A stretch of 64,000 nucleotides of DNA, taken from positions 32,001 to 96,000 of the forward strand of contig JBBFKW010000011.1 of NCBI GenBank assembly GCA_037481835.1. The letters run 5' to 3'. The stretch is from Desulfosoma sp. Lineage in GTDB: Bacteria > Desulfobacterota > Syntrophobacteria > Syntrophobacterales > DSM-9756. The notes below the pieces were generated by a model, which ran no database searches, was not told where the DNA came from, and saw only the letters and a program-made list of their open reading frames with translations. Positions 1 through 9,368 of the stretch are shown in pieces (the first letter of the stretch is position 1; each line of letters opens with the position of its first letter). Position numbers and translations under genes: made by a program.

Positions 1-453
1 TTCTACTACACCGGCGCTGTGGCCTTTACCAAGAAGGGCAAAGGCGCCGCCTTCAAGAGTATCGAGGACTGCAACAAGGAAAACGTGACCATCGCCGTGC
101 TCTTGGGCAGTACCGGGGAAGCCGAAGCCAAGCGGTTTTTCCCCAAAGCCACCATCAAGTCCTATAAGGGCGGCGGCCCTCTGGTGATTAACGCCGTCCT
201 TTCCGGACATGCCGACATCGGCGTCAATGACGAAACGGCGGTGATCGGCCAGATGCAGGAATTTCCGCCGGACAGCATTGAAATTCTTCCCATTCGCCTG
301 ACCAAGCAGCCTCTGGCTTTCGCCGTGCGTCCCGAGGACACCCATTTGCTGCAATGGATCAACTTGTTCTTTCAGTGGATCAAAGAAGACGGCCGTTACG
401 ACGCCAACATCAACTATTGGGTGAAAACTTTGGATTGGAAAAAGGATCACTGA
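1..453 (+). CDS. Amino-acid ABC transporter substrate-binding protein (5'-truncated by window edge)
   Basis: Frame is open from base 1. The C-terminal half resembles SBP family 3 (VLLGSTGE, PLAFAVR..D..LLQWIN), and two HisM/GlnP-type permeases follow. Confidence 0.85.
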   Translation, partial: FYYTGAVAFTKKGKGAAFKSIEDCNKENVTIAVLLGSTGEAEAKRFFPKATIKSYKGGGPLVINAVLSGHADIGVNDETAVIGQMQEFPPDSIEILPIRLTKQPLAFAVRPEDTHLLQWINLFFQWIKEDGRYDANINYWVKTLDWKKDH

Positions 454-527
454 CGGCGGAACAGGCCTTGCCGGAATCCTTTGCTCGAGAGGGCCTGTTC
501 TCGCGCCTGCCCTAAAGACGGTGGGTC

Positions 528-1196
528 ATGCTGGAAGCCTTTAATTTTCGTGTCCTTGTGGACTATCTGCCGCTTTTCTTCAAGGGCTTGTGGGCCACCG
601 TGTGGATTTCCGCCGTCTCGCTTGTTGGGGCGCTCGCCGCGGGCGTTGTGGCCTGCGGCGGGCGCATTTCCCGCTTTCCCTTTCTTTCCCGGTGCGCCGG
701 CGCCTATATTGAGGCCATTCGCTCCACACCTCTTCTGGCGCAAATTTATTTCCTTTACTTCGGCCTGCCCACCTTGGGGTTTCGGCTCCCCGAATATCAG
801 ACAGGCATCCTGGCTCTGTCACTGAACAGCGGCGCTTACATGGCGGAAATCATCCGTGCGGGGGTCTTGTCCGTTTCTCGAGGACAAATCGAAGCCGGCA
901 TGGCTTTCGGCCTGAGCTATCTGCAGCGCATGCGCTACATTGTGCTGCCGCAGGCATTGGGGATCACCATCCCCCCTCTTTTGGGCCAGGCCATCGTGCT
1001 TGTCAAGGACAGCGCGCTCCTTTCTCTGATTTCCGTTTTCGAGCTGACTCGGGCGGGGCAGATCATCACCTCCGAGCGGTTCATGCCCGCGGAAGGGTTT
1101 TTCACCACGGCGGTTTTGTACTTGGCCGTCTATTACGCCCTCAAAACCTTCAGCACGTGGTGGCAGAAGCGGCTCATCTACATCCAGCCGGCGTAA
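528..1196 (+). CDS. Amino-acid ABC transporter permease
   Basis: RSTPLLAQ, SGAYMAEIIRAG, GQIEAG..LGLS and VKDSAL motifs; hydrophobic, 222 aa. Confidence 0.92.
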   Translation: MLEAFNFRVLVDYLPLFFKGLWATVWISAVSLVGALAAGVVACGGRISRFPFLSRCAGAYIEAIRSTPLLAQIYFLYFGLPTLGFRLPEYQTGILALSLNSGAYMAEIIRAGVLSVSRGQIEAGMAFGLSYLQRMRYIVLPQALGITIPPLLGQAIVLVKDSALLSLISVFELTRAGQIITSERFMPAEGFFTTAVLYLAVYYALKTFSTWWQKRLIYIQPA

Positions 1197-1206
1197 AAAC
1201 GGAACA

Positions 1207-1878
1207 ATGTGGCTTTCCTATCTTGAAAAACTGCTGCAGGCGTTTCCCTTCTTTCTCAAGGGCCTGTGGATGACCGTGGCCGTCTCGGGCCTCAGCCTCA
1301 TGGGAGGGACCTTGTTGGGGTTTGCGGCCGGGATCCTTCGAGCATCCCGGGTGCCAATCCTCTGGTCCGTCCTTTTCGCCTATGTGGATTTCATGCGGGG
1401 CACTCCGTTCTTGGTACAGGTTTTCATTGTTTTTTTCATCTTGCCGGAGTGGGGCCTGCATCTCAGTGCCTTCAAGGCCGCAGTGGTCAGCCTCACCCTC
1501 TATGCCGGGGCCTACATCTGCGAGATCGTCTATGGGGGCATCGTCGCCGTGCCTTCGGGGCAAATGGAAGCGGCCAAGGCCTCCGGGTTGACGTGGGTCC
1601 AACGCATGCGCTACGTCATCCTGCCTCAAGCCATGAAAACGATCCTCCCGCCCCTTGTGGGCCAGTATGTGCTCCTCATCAAGGATTCTTCCGTGGTGTC
1701 CGTCATCGGGGTGACGGACGTCACGCGCGTGGGCTGGTTTACGGTCCAGCGCATTCCCGAGGGGCTTATGGTCTTCGGTCTGGTGGGGCTTTTGTATTTT
1801 GCAGTCTGCTACCCCCTCATTCGCCTTTCCAACGCCCTGGAAAAGAAGATGCGTGCCGAGGGGCCCGGCGGCGTATGA
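1207..1878 (+). CDS. Amino-acid ABC transporter permease
   Basis: RGTPFLVQ, GAYICEI, GQMEAAKASGL and IKDSSV motifs. Confidence 0.92.
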   Translation: MWLSYLEKLLQAFPFFLKGLWMTVAVSGLSLMGGTLLGFAAGILRASRVPILWSVLFAYVDFMRGTPFLVQVFIVFFILPEWGLHLSAFKAAVVSLTLYAGAYICEIVYGGIVAVPSGQMEAAKASGLTWVQRMRYVILPQAMKTILPPLVGQYVLLIKDSSVVSVIGVTDVTRVGWFTVQRIPEGLMVFGLVGLLYFAVCYPLIRLSNALEKKMRAEGPGGV

Positions 1879-1969
1879 CGCGGCGGGAATCCCCGCGCCG
1901 CGTCACTCCTCGCATTTAAGGAGAGGCCGTCCTGGGGGCGCCGCGTTTTCGCCTCACCGACGACAAGGT

Positions 1970-3958
1970 CTATTCCTTGGGGGTGAAAGCCTTGAATTCT
2001 CCAAGCTGGATATAAGACCCCCCGTGATTCTTATGAAGGATGAGTTTAATAAAGCGGGCTTGCACGGGATTGATGGCGAAGAGTTGGTCCGGGAGCGGCT
2101 TATCGGGATCGATATGGGTGCGGTTATGCAGAGTGAATTGCCCCACCGTCTGAAATCCCTGCTTCGGCCCCTCGGTGGAAACCTGGACTTCCACTTCTTT
2201 GGCCCAGCGGTTAGGATCTTCCACGGTGAAAGGATTGAAAGCCACGTGGGTGAGCGTCACCGCCTTGGGGAGGGCGAACAGGATTTCGACCGGGGTATTG
2301 TCCTTGGAACAATAGCCGTGACCTTTTCCGACCTGGCCGTCAATGAGGTTTTTGGCCGCCCAGTCGGAATCGTTGTATTGATTTGAAAAATAGAGGATTT
2401 TGCCGCCGATTTGTTCCGAAAAGACGTTCTGCAACTGAGCCAGGGGATCGGCTTCTTGTTGCTCCGAGAAGAATCCCAAGAGTTTGATTTCGCCCAGTTG
2501 GATGTAGGAACCACCGTAGTTGTTCTTAAGGACCACTTTGACCCACCGGGCCTTCGTTTCCGGAATGGGGAAGGTCTGCTCCGTCAAAGAGATGGAAGGA
2601 TCCTGGCTCTCCATCCTCTTGTTGTCCACGGCGACCGCCGCTGCCTTTGTGAATCCTTCGTATGGGCTTGTGGTGGAAACCCAAATTTCCACGTCTTTCG
2701 CCCAGCGGTCTTCGTTTTCCGTGGTGTAAGGATCGATGATCATGGAAGAGAGGACCGCCGTCTTCGGCAGTTCGAAAAGGATTTCCTGGGGCCCGCTGCT
2801 ACTGGTTGAGGAGTATCCGTGCTTGTCCCCGATGGCTTCGTCGATGAGATTTGCCGCAGCCCAATCGGAGTTATCGTACTGACTGGTGGCCGAAAGAAGC
2901 AGGGTGCCCTGAGAGGCCGCGAGGACGTTGATGGCAGGTTTTTTCCCCATATCGCTCGCCGGTGGGGGCGCGGCCTGCGTTGTCGGTGCGGAAGCGGGGG
3001 GCGGGGCAGCGGCTTTTTCCAAGGGCGCCATGTACTGTTTTTGTCCCAAGCCCCCGGCTGCTTTGACGACGACTCGATGCCAGGATCCGTCCCGTTCGGA
3101 CAAGTCCGTGGTGTAACTGATGAGGTATTGACCCATCAGTTGGGCGCTGATTTCTTGATACAATGAAACCAAATCGGCGGATGAGGGGGAGGCGAAATAG
3201 CGCCCGCCGGATTCGGAGGCAATCTTTTTCAAAACCGCCTCGTCAATGTCGGATCCCAACCCGATGGCGAAAATGGGCACGTTGCTGTCCTTGGCCGCGG
3301 CGACGACGTCGTCGGCGGTCTTTTTGCTCAGGGGCTTGTTGGTGCCGTCGTCATCTTTTCCGTCGGTAAGGAGGATAATGACTTTCCGGCCCTTTTTTTA
3401 CGCGGAACTCTTGACGGCTTGGTAAACCGCATCATAAAGGGCCGTGTTGCCCCTGGCTTTGATGTCTTCCAGGGCTTTCTTTATGGCGCTCTTATCGCTG
3501 GAAAAACCTTGAGCCGTGATGACGCGATCACTGAAGGTGATCAGCAGCATTTCGTCTCCCGCCTTGGCCAAATCCACGTAAGAAGACGCCGCCCGCTTCG
3601 TGTCGGCAATGGCCGGCTTCATGCTTCCGCTGGTGTCGACGACCAAAACCGTGGAAATGGGGGGAAGTTGGGTTTCCACCGCAATCGGGGACTGTTCCAC
3701 CTCGTCTTCCGTGACGACGAAGTCTTTACTTTCAAGGTTTCGGATCATTATGCCGGAGGAATCCTGGACGGAAACAAAAAGCTTGATTTGGGGAAAACTC
3801 GACGAGTCGATTTGATTGATCGCCACTTGGGCCTGGGATGAGGGTTTTTCCTGAGCCCACGCGGATCTGATCAAGAGGCTCCCGACTATGGAAAGGGCAA
3901 AGAGACACAACACGGCGAGGCGCCTTTTTTCGTGCCGAAAATGCTCTTTTTGTCCCAT
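1970..3958 (-). pseudogene. Secreted VWA-domain protein with two tandem discoidin/F5-8 type C-like domains, interrupted by an in-frame TAA at 3398-3400
   Basis: ORFs 3398..3976 and 1970..3280 share a frame. Reading through TAA gives QAVKSSA*KKGRKVIILLTDGKDDD..NVPIFAIGLG, a continuous VWA domain (MIDAS DTSGS, GNTALYDA, LTDG). Signal peptide ends AWA-QE; RBS AAAGGAGG precedes ATG 3958; two internal repeats end GGSYIQLGE. Confidence 0.8.
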
Positions 3959-4270
3959 GGTGGAGCCTCCTTTCATGGGGAATGGGTTTCCTCAAAATGA
4001 CGGCTGTTTCGACGGACGGCGAGCCCACAGGCAACTTACTGGAAATATGATCCAGGCGCTGTCCTTCCGCAAGACTTTTTGCCCCCCCTCGGCGGCCTCC
4101 GCCCCGCAAACGCGGTCGGCTTAGACATGCCCCCGCAAAAGTCCGCGCCCCGGTCGGATGTCCCGGCTCTTTGGCGGATTGATGTTGCCTCTTTCGCTGC
4201 TGGGGGTTCTGTGAAACACTGCAAGAGAAAATCCGCGCCGAAGTTTTGACTTGTCGATAAGGAGGGGGGA

Positions 4271-5263
4271 ATGAAGGTTCTTGTCACGGCGAATCTTTCC
4301 GGTGCCGCTCTCGAGAGGCTCCGTGCCCTCTGCGAAGAGGTGGACGTCCACGACCGTTTTGAACCCATGGAGCGCGAGGACCTCTTAGACCGTGTACATG
4401 GGGTGGACGGGATCTTGTGCAGCATCGCCGATCGAATCGACCGGGAGGTATTTGATCAAGCCCCGAAGCTTCGAGTCGTGGCCAACTACGGCGTGGGGTA
4501 TGATCACATCGACATTGGGGAAGCGAGCGCCCGAGGCATTGTGGTCACCAACACTCCCGGCGTGTTGACGGACGCCACGGCCGACCTGGCGTTTGCCCTC
4601 ATCCTTGCTGTGGCGCGCCGGGTCGTGGAGGGGGACCGGATGACGCGCGAAGGCCGCTTTCGGTTTTGGTCCCCGATGCACTTTCTTGGAACCCAAGTGA
4701 GTGGAAAAGTTCTGGGTATTGTGGGGTTGGGACGTATCGGGCAGGCCGTGGCCAAACGCGCCCGGGGTTTCGATATGAAGGTGCTTTATTATTCGAGAAG
4801 CCGTCCGGGCCCGGAAACCGAAGCGGCCTTGGGGGTCACCTTCGCCCCGCTGGATGAGCTTTTGAAACACTCGGACTTCGTCTCACTCCATGTGCCGCTC
4901 ACCGCCGACACGCGCCACCTCATCGGGGCCCGGGAACTCTCCCTCATGAAGCCTTCTTCGTTCCTGATCAATACGGCACGCGGCCCCGTCGTGGACGAAC
5001 GCGCCTTGGTTGCGGCGCTTCATTCAGGGCGTCTGCGCGGCGCAGGATTGGACGTGTACGAAAACGAGCCGCACCTGTCGCCCGGTTTGGCGGACCTGGA
5101 CAATGTCGTGCTCCTGCCGCACGTGGGCAGCGCCACCATAGAGACCCGGACGCGTATGGCGGATATGGCCGTGGACAACCTCCTGGCTGGACTCCAAGGG
5201 CAAAGACCTCCCCACGCCCTCAACTGGGACGCAGTTCAGGCAAAGAGGGGGAGTGGGCCTTAG
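4271..5263 (+). CDS. D-isomer-specific 2-hydroxyacid dehydrogenase (glyoxylate/hydroxypyruvate reductase type)
   Basis: VGYDHID, NTPGVLT, GLGRIG, INTARGPVVDE, GLDVYENEP and PHVGSAT motifs; strong RBS. Confidence 0.93.
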   Translation: MKVLVTANLSGAALERLRALCEEVDVHDRFEPMEREDLLDRVHGVDGILCSIADRIDREVFDQAPKLRVVANYGVGYDHIDIGEASARGIVVTNTPGVLTDATADLAFALILAVARRVVEGDRMTREGRFRFWSPMHFLGTQVSGKVLGIVGLGRIGQAVAKRARGFDMKVLYYSRSRPGPETEAALGVTFAPLDELLKHSDFVSLHVPLTADTRHLIGARELSLMKPSSFLINTARGPVVDERALVAALHSGRLRGAGLDVYENEPHLSPGLADLDNVVLLPHVGSATIETRTRMADMAVDNLLAGLQGQRPPHALNWDAVQAKRGSGP

Positions 5264-7743
5264 CTCTGCAAGGAAAGAGCCTCCGCATCTTGGCCCGGGG
5301 GTGCGGCTTCGTTGGGGGGCGTCCCCGATTTCTTGTCTTTCTCCAAGAGGTGCACCGTTTGGGCGATTTCTTCCGGGGAGACACTCTGCCGGAGCTCTTC
5401 CATGCGGGCCATGATCTTGGAAAACCGCACCCCCTCGGCGGCGCTCACCCATGCCAGCTGGAGTCGTTCCGGGCGGATGCCTAGCTTTTCCATTTTCTTG
5501 CGAACCTTGGCGATGCGCTTTTCCGTCCAGTGATTGGCGTTGATGTAATGGCAGTCCCCGATATGGCAGCCGCTCACCAGAACCACCGGCGCTCCTTTTT
5601 TGAAGGCGTGCCAGATGAAGGATTCGGCCACACGCCCCGAGCACATGGTGCGAATGAGGCGGGCGTTGGGCGGGTACTGGAGCCGGGACACCCCGGCGGA
5701 GTCGGCTCCGGCGTAGGAACACCAGTTGCAAGCGAAGGTGAGGACTTTTTCCTCAGGTTTTTCGGCGAGCAGGGTGTCGATCTGGTCAAGGATTTGGGCG
5801 TCGGTAAAGTGGTTCATGATGATGGCGCCCGTCGGGCATTCGGCGGCGCATGTGCCGCATCCTGCGCAGGCTGCCGCCGTAACGATGGCGGCCGTTTTGC
5901 GTTTTGTATCCACCGTAATGGCGTTGTAGGGGCACACTTGAGCGCAACGGCCGCAGGAGACGCAGTGTTCGGCCAGGACTTCCGAGGTGATGGGTTCGGT
6001 GAGGATTTCCCCCCACTGCATGAGCCGCATGGCACGAGCCGCCGCAGCTGAGGCTTGCGTCACGCTGTCCTTGATGTCTTTGGGCCCTTCGGCGCATCCG
6101 GCGAAGAAGATGCCGCGCGTCGCCGCATCCACCGGCTGCAGTTTGGGGTGGGCCTCCAGGAAAAAGCCGTCCGAGGTGAGCTGCAGGCCGAGCATTTCCT
6201 GGAGCTTTCGAGTGCTTTCGGCGGGTTGGATGCCCACGGCCAAAACGAGCATATCCAGGTCGTGAAACTCAAGGCGCCCCGTCGCGGCGTTTTCCACCGC
6301 CACGCGCAGACTTCCGTCGGGAAGCTCTTCCACCGTGCCCGGAAGACCCCGGATGTAGCGCACCCCCAATCGGCGGCTTCGCGTGTAAAGATCTTCGAAG
6401 CCTTTTCCGAAGGCGCGGATGTCGATGTAGAAAACCTTGATGTCCAAATCGGGGGCGTGCTCCTTGAGCACCAGGGTGCTCTTAATGGTGTTCATGCAGC
6501 ACACGTTGGAACAGTAGCTGCGGCCTTTTCGAGCGGACCGGGAGCCGACGCACTGGATGAAACCCACCGATCGAGGCGGCCGGCGGTCCGAGAGGCGCAC
6601 GACTTCCCCCTTGGTGGGGCCCCCGGCGTTGATGAGCCTTTCGAATTCCAAGCTGGTGAGCACATTTTGGAAGCGGGTATACCCGTATTCGTCCAGTTCC
6701 GTGGGATCGTAACTTTCCATCCCCACGGCGACGATGATTGTCCCGACGGTGACTTCGATTTCTTCGTCGGACATGTGGAAGTTGATGCACCCTTTTTCGC
6801 AAACGGCGACGCACTTGGCGCACACCGCCGGGTTGTGGCCCAAACATTCGTTGCCGTTGAGCACATAGGCCGATGGGACCGCTTGCGGAAAGGGTGAGTA
6901 TATGGCTTTTCGCGACGACAATCCCTGGTTGAATTCGTCGGGGCGCACCACGGGGCATACCCGGGCGCACTCGCCGCAGGCCGTGCAGGCCTTTTCGTCC
7001 ACGTACCGGGCTTTTTTCAAGATCTTGACGCGGAAACTGCCCACATAGCCCTTAATGTCCGTCACTTCGCTGAGGGTCAAAAGCGTGATTCGAGGATGCC
7101 GACCGGCATCAGCCATTTTCGGCCCGAGAATTCAGATGGAACAGTCCATGGTGGGAAAGGTCTTGTCCAGCTGGGCCATCATGCCCCCTATGGAGGGCTT
7201 CTTTTCCACCAAAATGACGTCGTAGCCGCTGTCGGCCAAGTCCAAGGCCGCTTGAATTCCGGCCACCCCACCGCCGATGACCAGACTCTTTTTGGTCAGG
7301 GGGACCCTTTGGGGATGCAAAGGATAAAGGCGGCGCGCACGGGACACGGCCATGCGAGCCAAGTCGGTGGCTTTCCTGGTGGCGGCTTCCGGATCGTGCA
7401 TGTGCACCCAGCTGCACTGTTCTCGCAGGTTGGCCATTTCCAGAAGGAAGGGATTGAGGCCCGCATCCCGCATCATCTGGCGGAAGGTGGTTTCATGGAG
7501 CCGAGGGGAACAGGACGCGACGACGATCCGGTTCAGCCCCAGCTCCTCGATGTCCTGTTTCATGACCTGTTGTCCCGGTTCCGAACACGCATACGGGACT
7601 TCTTTGGCCACGACCACATCGTCCATATCCCGCACACCGCGAACCACGGCGCCGCAGTCCACGACTCTGGCGATGTTCAACCCGCAATGGCACACATAGA
7701 CGCCGACACGCGGCGGGGCGGAAAGAAAGCCGGAGGCATCCAT
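5260..7743 (-). CDS. hdrA: Heterodisulfide reductase subunit A-like flavoprotein with C-terminal MvhD domain; selenocysteine at UGA 7132-7134 (~827 aa)
   Basis: ORFs 7132..7743 and 5260..7116 are in frame: [10 protein letters not shown](TGA)ILGPKM, where HdrA has a Cys/Sec. Also [42 protein letters not shown], ferredoxin motifs, and MvhD motifs [27 protein letters not shown]. Confidence 0.92.
7095..7110 (-). promoter_or_regulatory. Bacterial SECIS-like hairpin downstream of the hdrA UGA
   Basis: mRNA-sense GATGCC-GGTC-GGCATC is a perfect 6-bp stem with a G-containing tetraloop; the loop starts 27 nt after the UGA. Confidence 0.75.
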
Positions 7744-7758
7744 GAATTTTTCTCCTTG

Positions 7759-9342
7759 TTACTCCCACTGGATGGTTTTCGCCAGGAGCGAGGTGAGGTC
7801 CATCATGTCCATGGCCAGATCGTTGCCGTGGAAGGGGTCTTCCATGGCGCACCGCAGATGGATTTGGCATTTGGGACAGGCCGTAATCAGGAGATCGCTT
7901 CCGGTCTCCTTGGCCTGGCGGAGTCGCTTGATTTGGAGCGCCTTGGTGTAGCGGTCGCATCCGGTCCAGGCGCAATTGCCGCAGCACAGGGCTGAGGCTC
8001 CCCGGTCGGTCATTTCGTCGAACCCTTTGAGAGCCAGGCGCCCGATGAGCTTTCGCGGCAGATCCGCCTTCTTGCCCAAACGACTCAGCCGACACGGGTC
8101 CTGGAAGGTGGCTTTTCTCTCCAAGGCTTTGAACCCAATAGCCCCTTTGGCGATTTCCCGATCGGCCACTTCGAAAAGATGGGTCACGCGGCATTTCAAG
8201 GCGATGCCCAGTTCGGGGTAATGGTAAGCCAGAGTGTGGTAACATTCCGGGCATGCCGTGACGATTTCCTCGATGCCCGCCGCGTGGAACATGTCCGCGT
8301 TCAGTCGCGCCAGCTTGACGAAATTTTCCCGGTCTCCGGACCACAAGAGGTCATGGCCGCAGCATCGTTCCTCGGCGAGGACCCTTGGACGAATATCGAA
8401 AAAGTTGAGCAGGCGAATGGCATCATGGAGAATGGCTTCGGTGCGCACTTCACCAAACCGCGTAAAGTAGGTGTCGAAATACGGCGCGCAACCCCCGAAA
8501 AACAGCACGGGGCTTTGGCGATCGACCTCGAGGTTCTCCGGCAAATCCTCCCAGCGGCTCGGATGGAGCGACGGCGACGTCATGGTGCGCATCAGGGACT
8601 GGAAGAATCCGCCGTGGGCTTCCGGGCCCGGTCCGTTTCCCGACCTGTGCAGGGTGCGCAAGTCCCGGATGAAGTCGGGAAAGTGCACGCCGGAAGGACA
8701 CCGGTCGTCGCACAGCCCGCAGGTGATGCATCCCCAGAGGTCGTTGATGACTTCCGGGGCGTTTACCGTTCCGGTCATGAGATGTGTGGCCAACCCGCGG
8801 GGAGAAAAGGGCTTTCCCGTGAGGGTCAGGGGACAGGCCGACGAACATTTCCCGCAGTCCTGGCAGGCGTAGATATCGTGCCGCGTAAGAAGGCCGGCTA
8901 CCGCGGCTTCCGTAACGGGGCGATCTTCGGCGGGGGGCGGCGGGACGATCGGGGTCTTTCCCAGGCGGCGCAGATCTTGGCAAAAGCCTGCCAAAAAGGC
9001 CATCATCCCAGGGGCGTCGTCGGGAAGGAAGCCTCCCCAGCGCAGACGTTCCGATCCGACGCCCAGCGTGTGGAGGAGCCGGCGCATGTGATCAATGCGC
9101 TTCAGGGCCGCCGAGTTTCCGGTGCCGTAGCGGCACGAGCCGGGTTCGCAGCCGGCGATCATGACCCCGTCCGCCCCCATTTCGAAACACTTGAGAATCA
9201 GCGCCCGGGTGACACGGCCGCTGCAAGGCACCCGCACCATGCGGATTTCTTCGGGAATGGAAGCCTGTTGGTCCTGGAGGGTTTGAAAGGCGGCGTGAGG
9301 GCCCCAGTTGCACAGGAACAACACCACATTGAGCTTATTCAT
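7759..9342 (-). CDS. MvhD-HdrD-like fusion (2Fe-2S MvhD + 2x4Fe-4S + two CCG domains)
   Basis: N-terminal FLCNW, VPCSGRV, GCEPGSCRY; CQDCGKCSSACP and CITCGLCDDRCP; CCG motifs ERCCG..TACPEC and DPC..LCCG..TACPKC. Confidence 0.88.
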   Translation of the reverse strand: MNKLNVVLFLCNWGPHAAFQTLQDQQASIPEEIRMVRVPCSGRVTRALILKCFEMGADGVMIAGCEPGSCRYGTGNSAALKRIDHMRRLLHTLGVGSERLRWGGFLPDDAPGMMAFLAGFCQDLRRLGKTPIVPPPPAEDRPVTEAAVAGLLTRHDIYACQDCGKCSSACPLTLTGKPFSPRGLATHLMTGTVNAPEVINDLWGCITCGLCDDRCPSGVHFPDFIRDLRTLHRSGNGPGPEAHGGFFQSLMRTMTSPSLHPSRWEDLPENLEVDRQSPVLFFGGCAPYFDTYFTRFGEVRTEAILHDAIRLLNFFDIRPRVLAEERCCGHDLLWSGDRENFVKLARLNADMFHAAGIEEIVTACPECYHTLAYHYPELGIALKCRVTHLFEVADREIAKGAIGFKALERKATFQDPCRLSRLGKKADLPRKLIGRLALKGFDEMTDRGASALCCGNCAWTGCDRYTKALQIKRLRQAKETGSDLLITACPKCQIHLRCAMEDPFHGNDLAMDMMDLTSLLAKTIQWE

Positions 9343-9368
9343 GAAGGATCCCCATAATCAAAGATCGC

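Noticed and set aside
3398..3400. Sec/Pyl recoding in the VWA gene
   Set aside because: The codon is TAA, which is not recoded to Sec or Pyl.
4030..4100. c-di-GMP-I riboswitch upstream of the VWA gene (GGCAA...TTGCC with inner hairpins on the minus strand)
   Set aside because: Lacks the GNRA loop, receptor and GCAAA junction arrangement; pairing is plausible by chance.
7132..7134. hdrA as a nonsense pseudogene or two separate genes
   Set aside because: The UGA sits at a conserved Cys/Sec column and is followed by a SECIS-like hairpin, so recoding is the better explanation.
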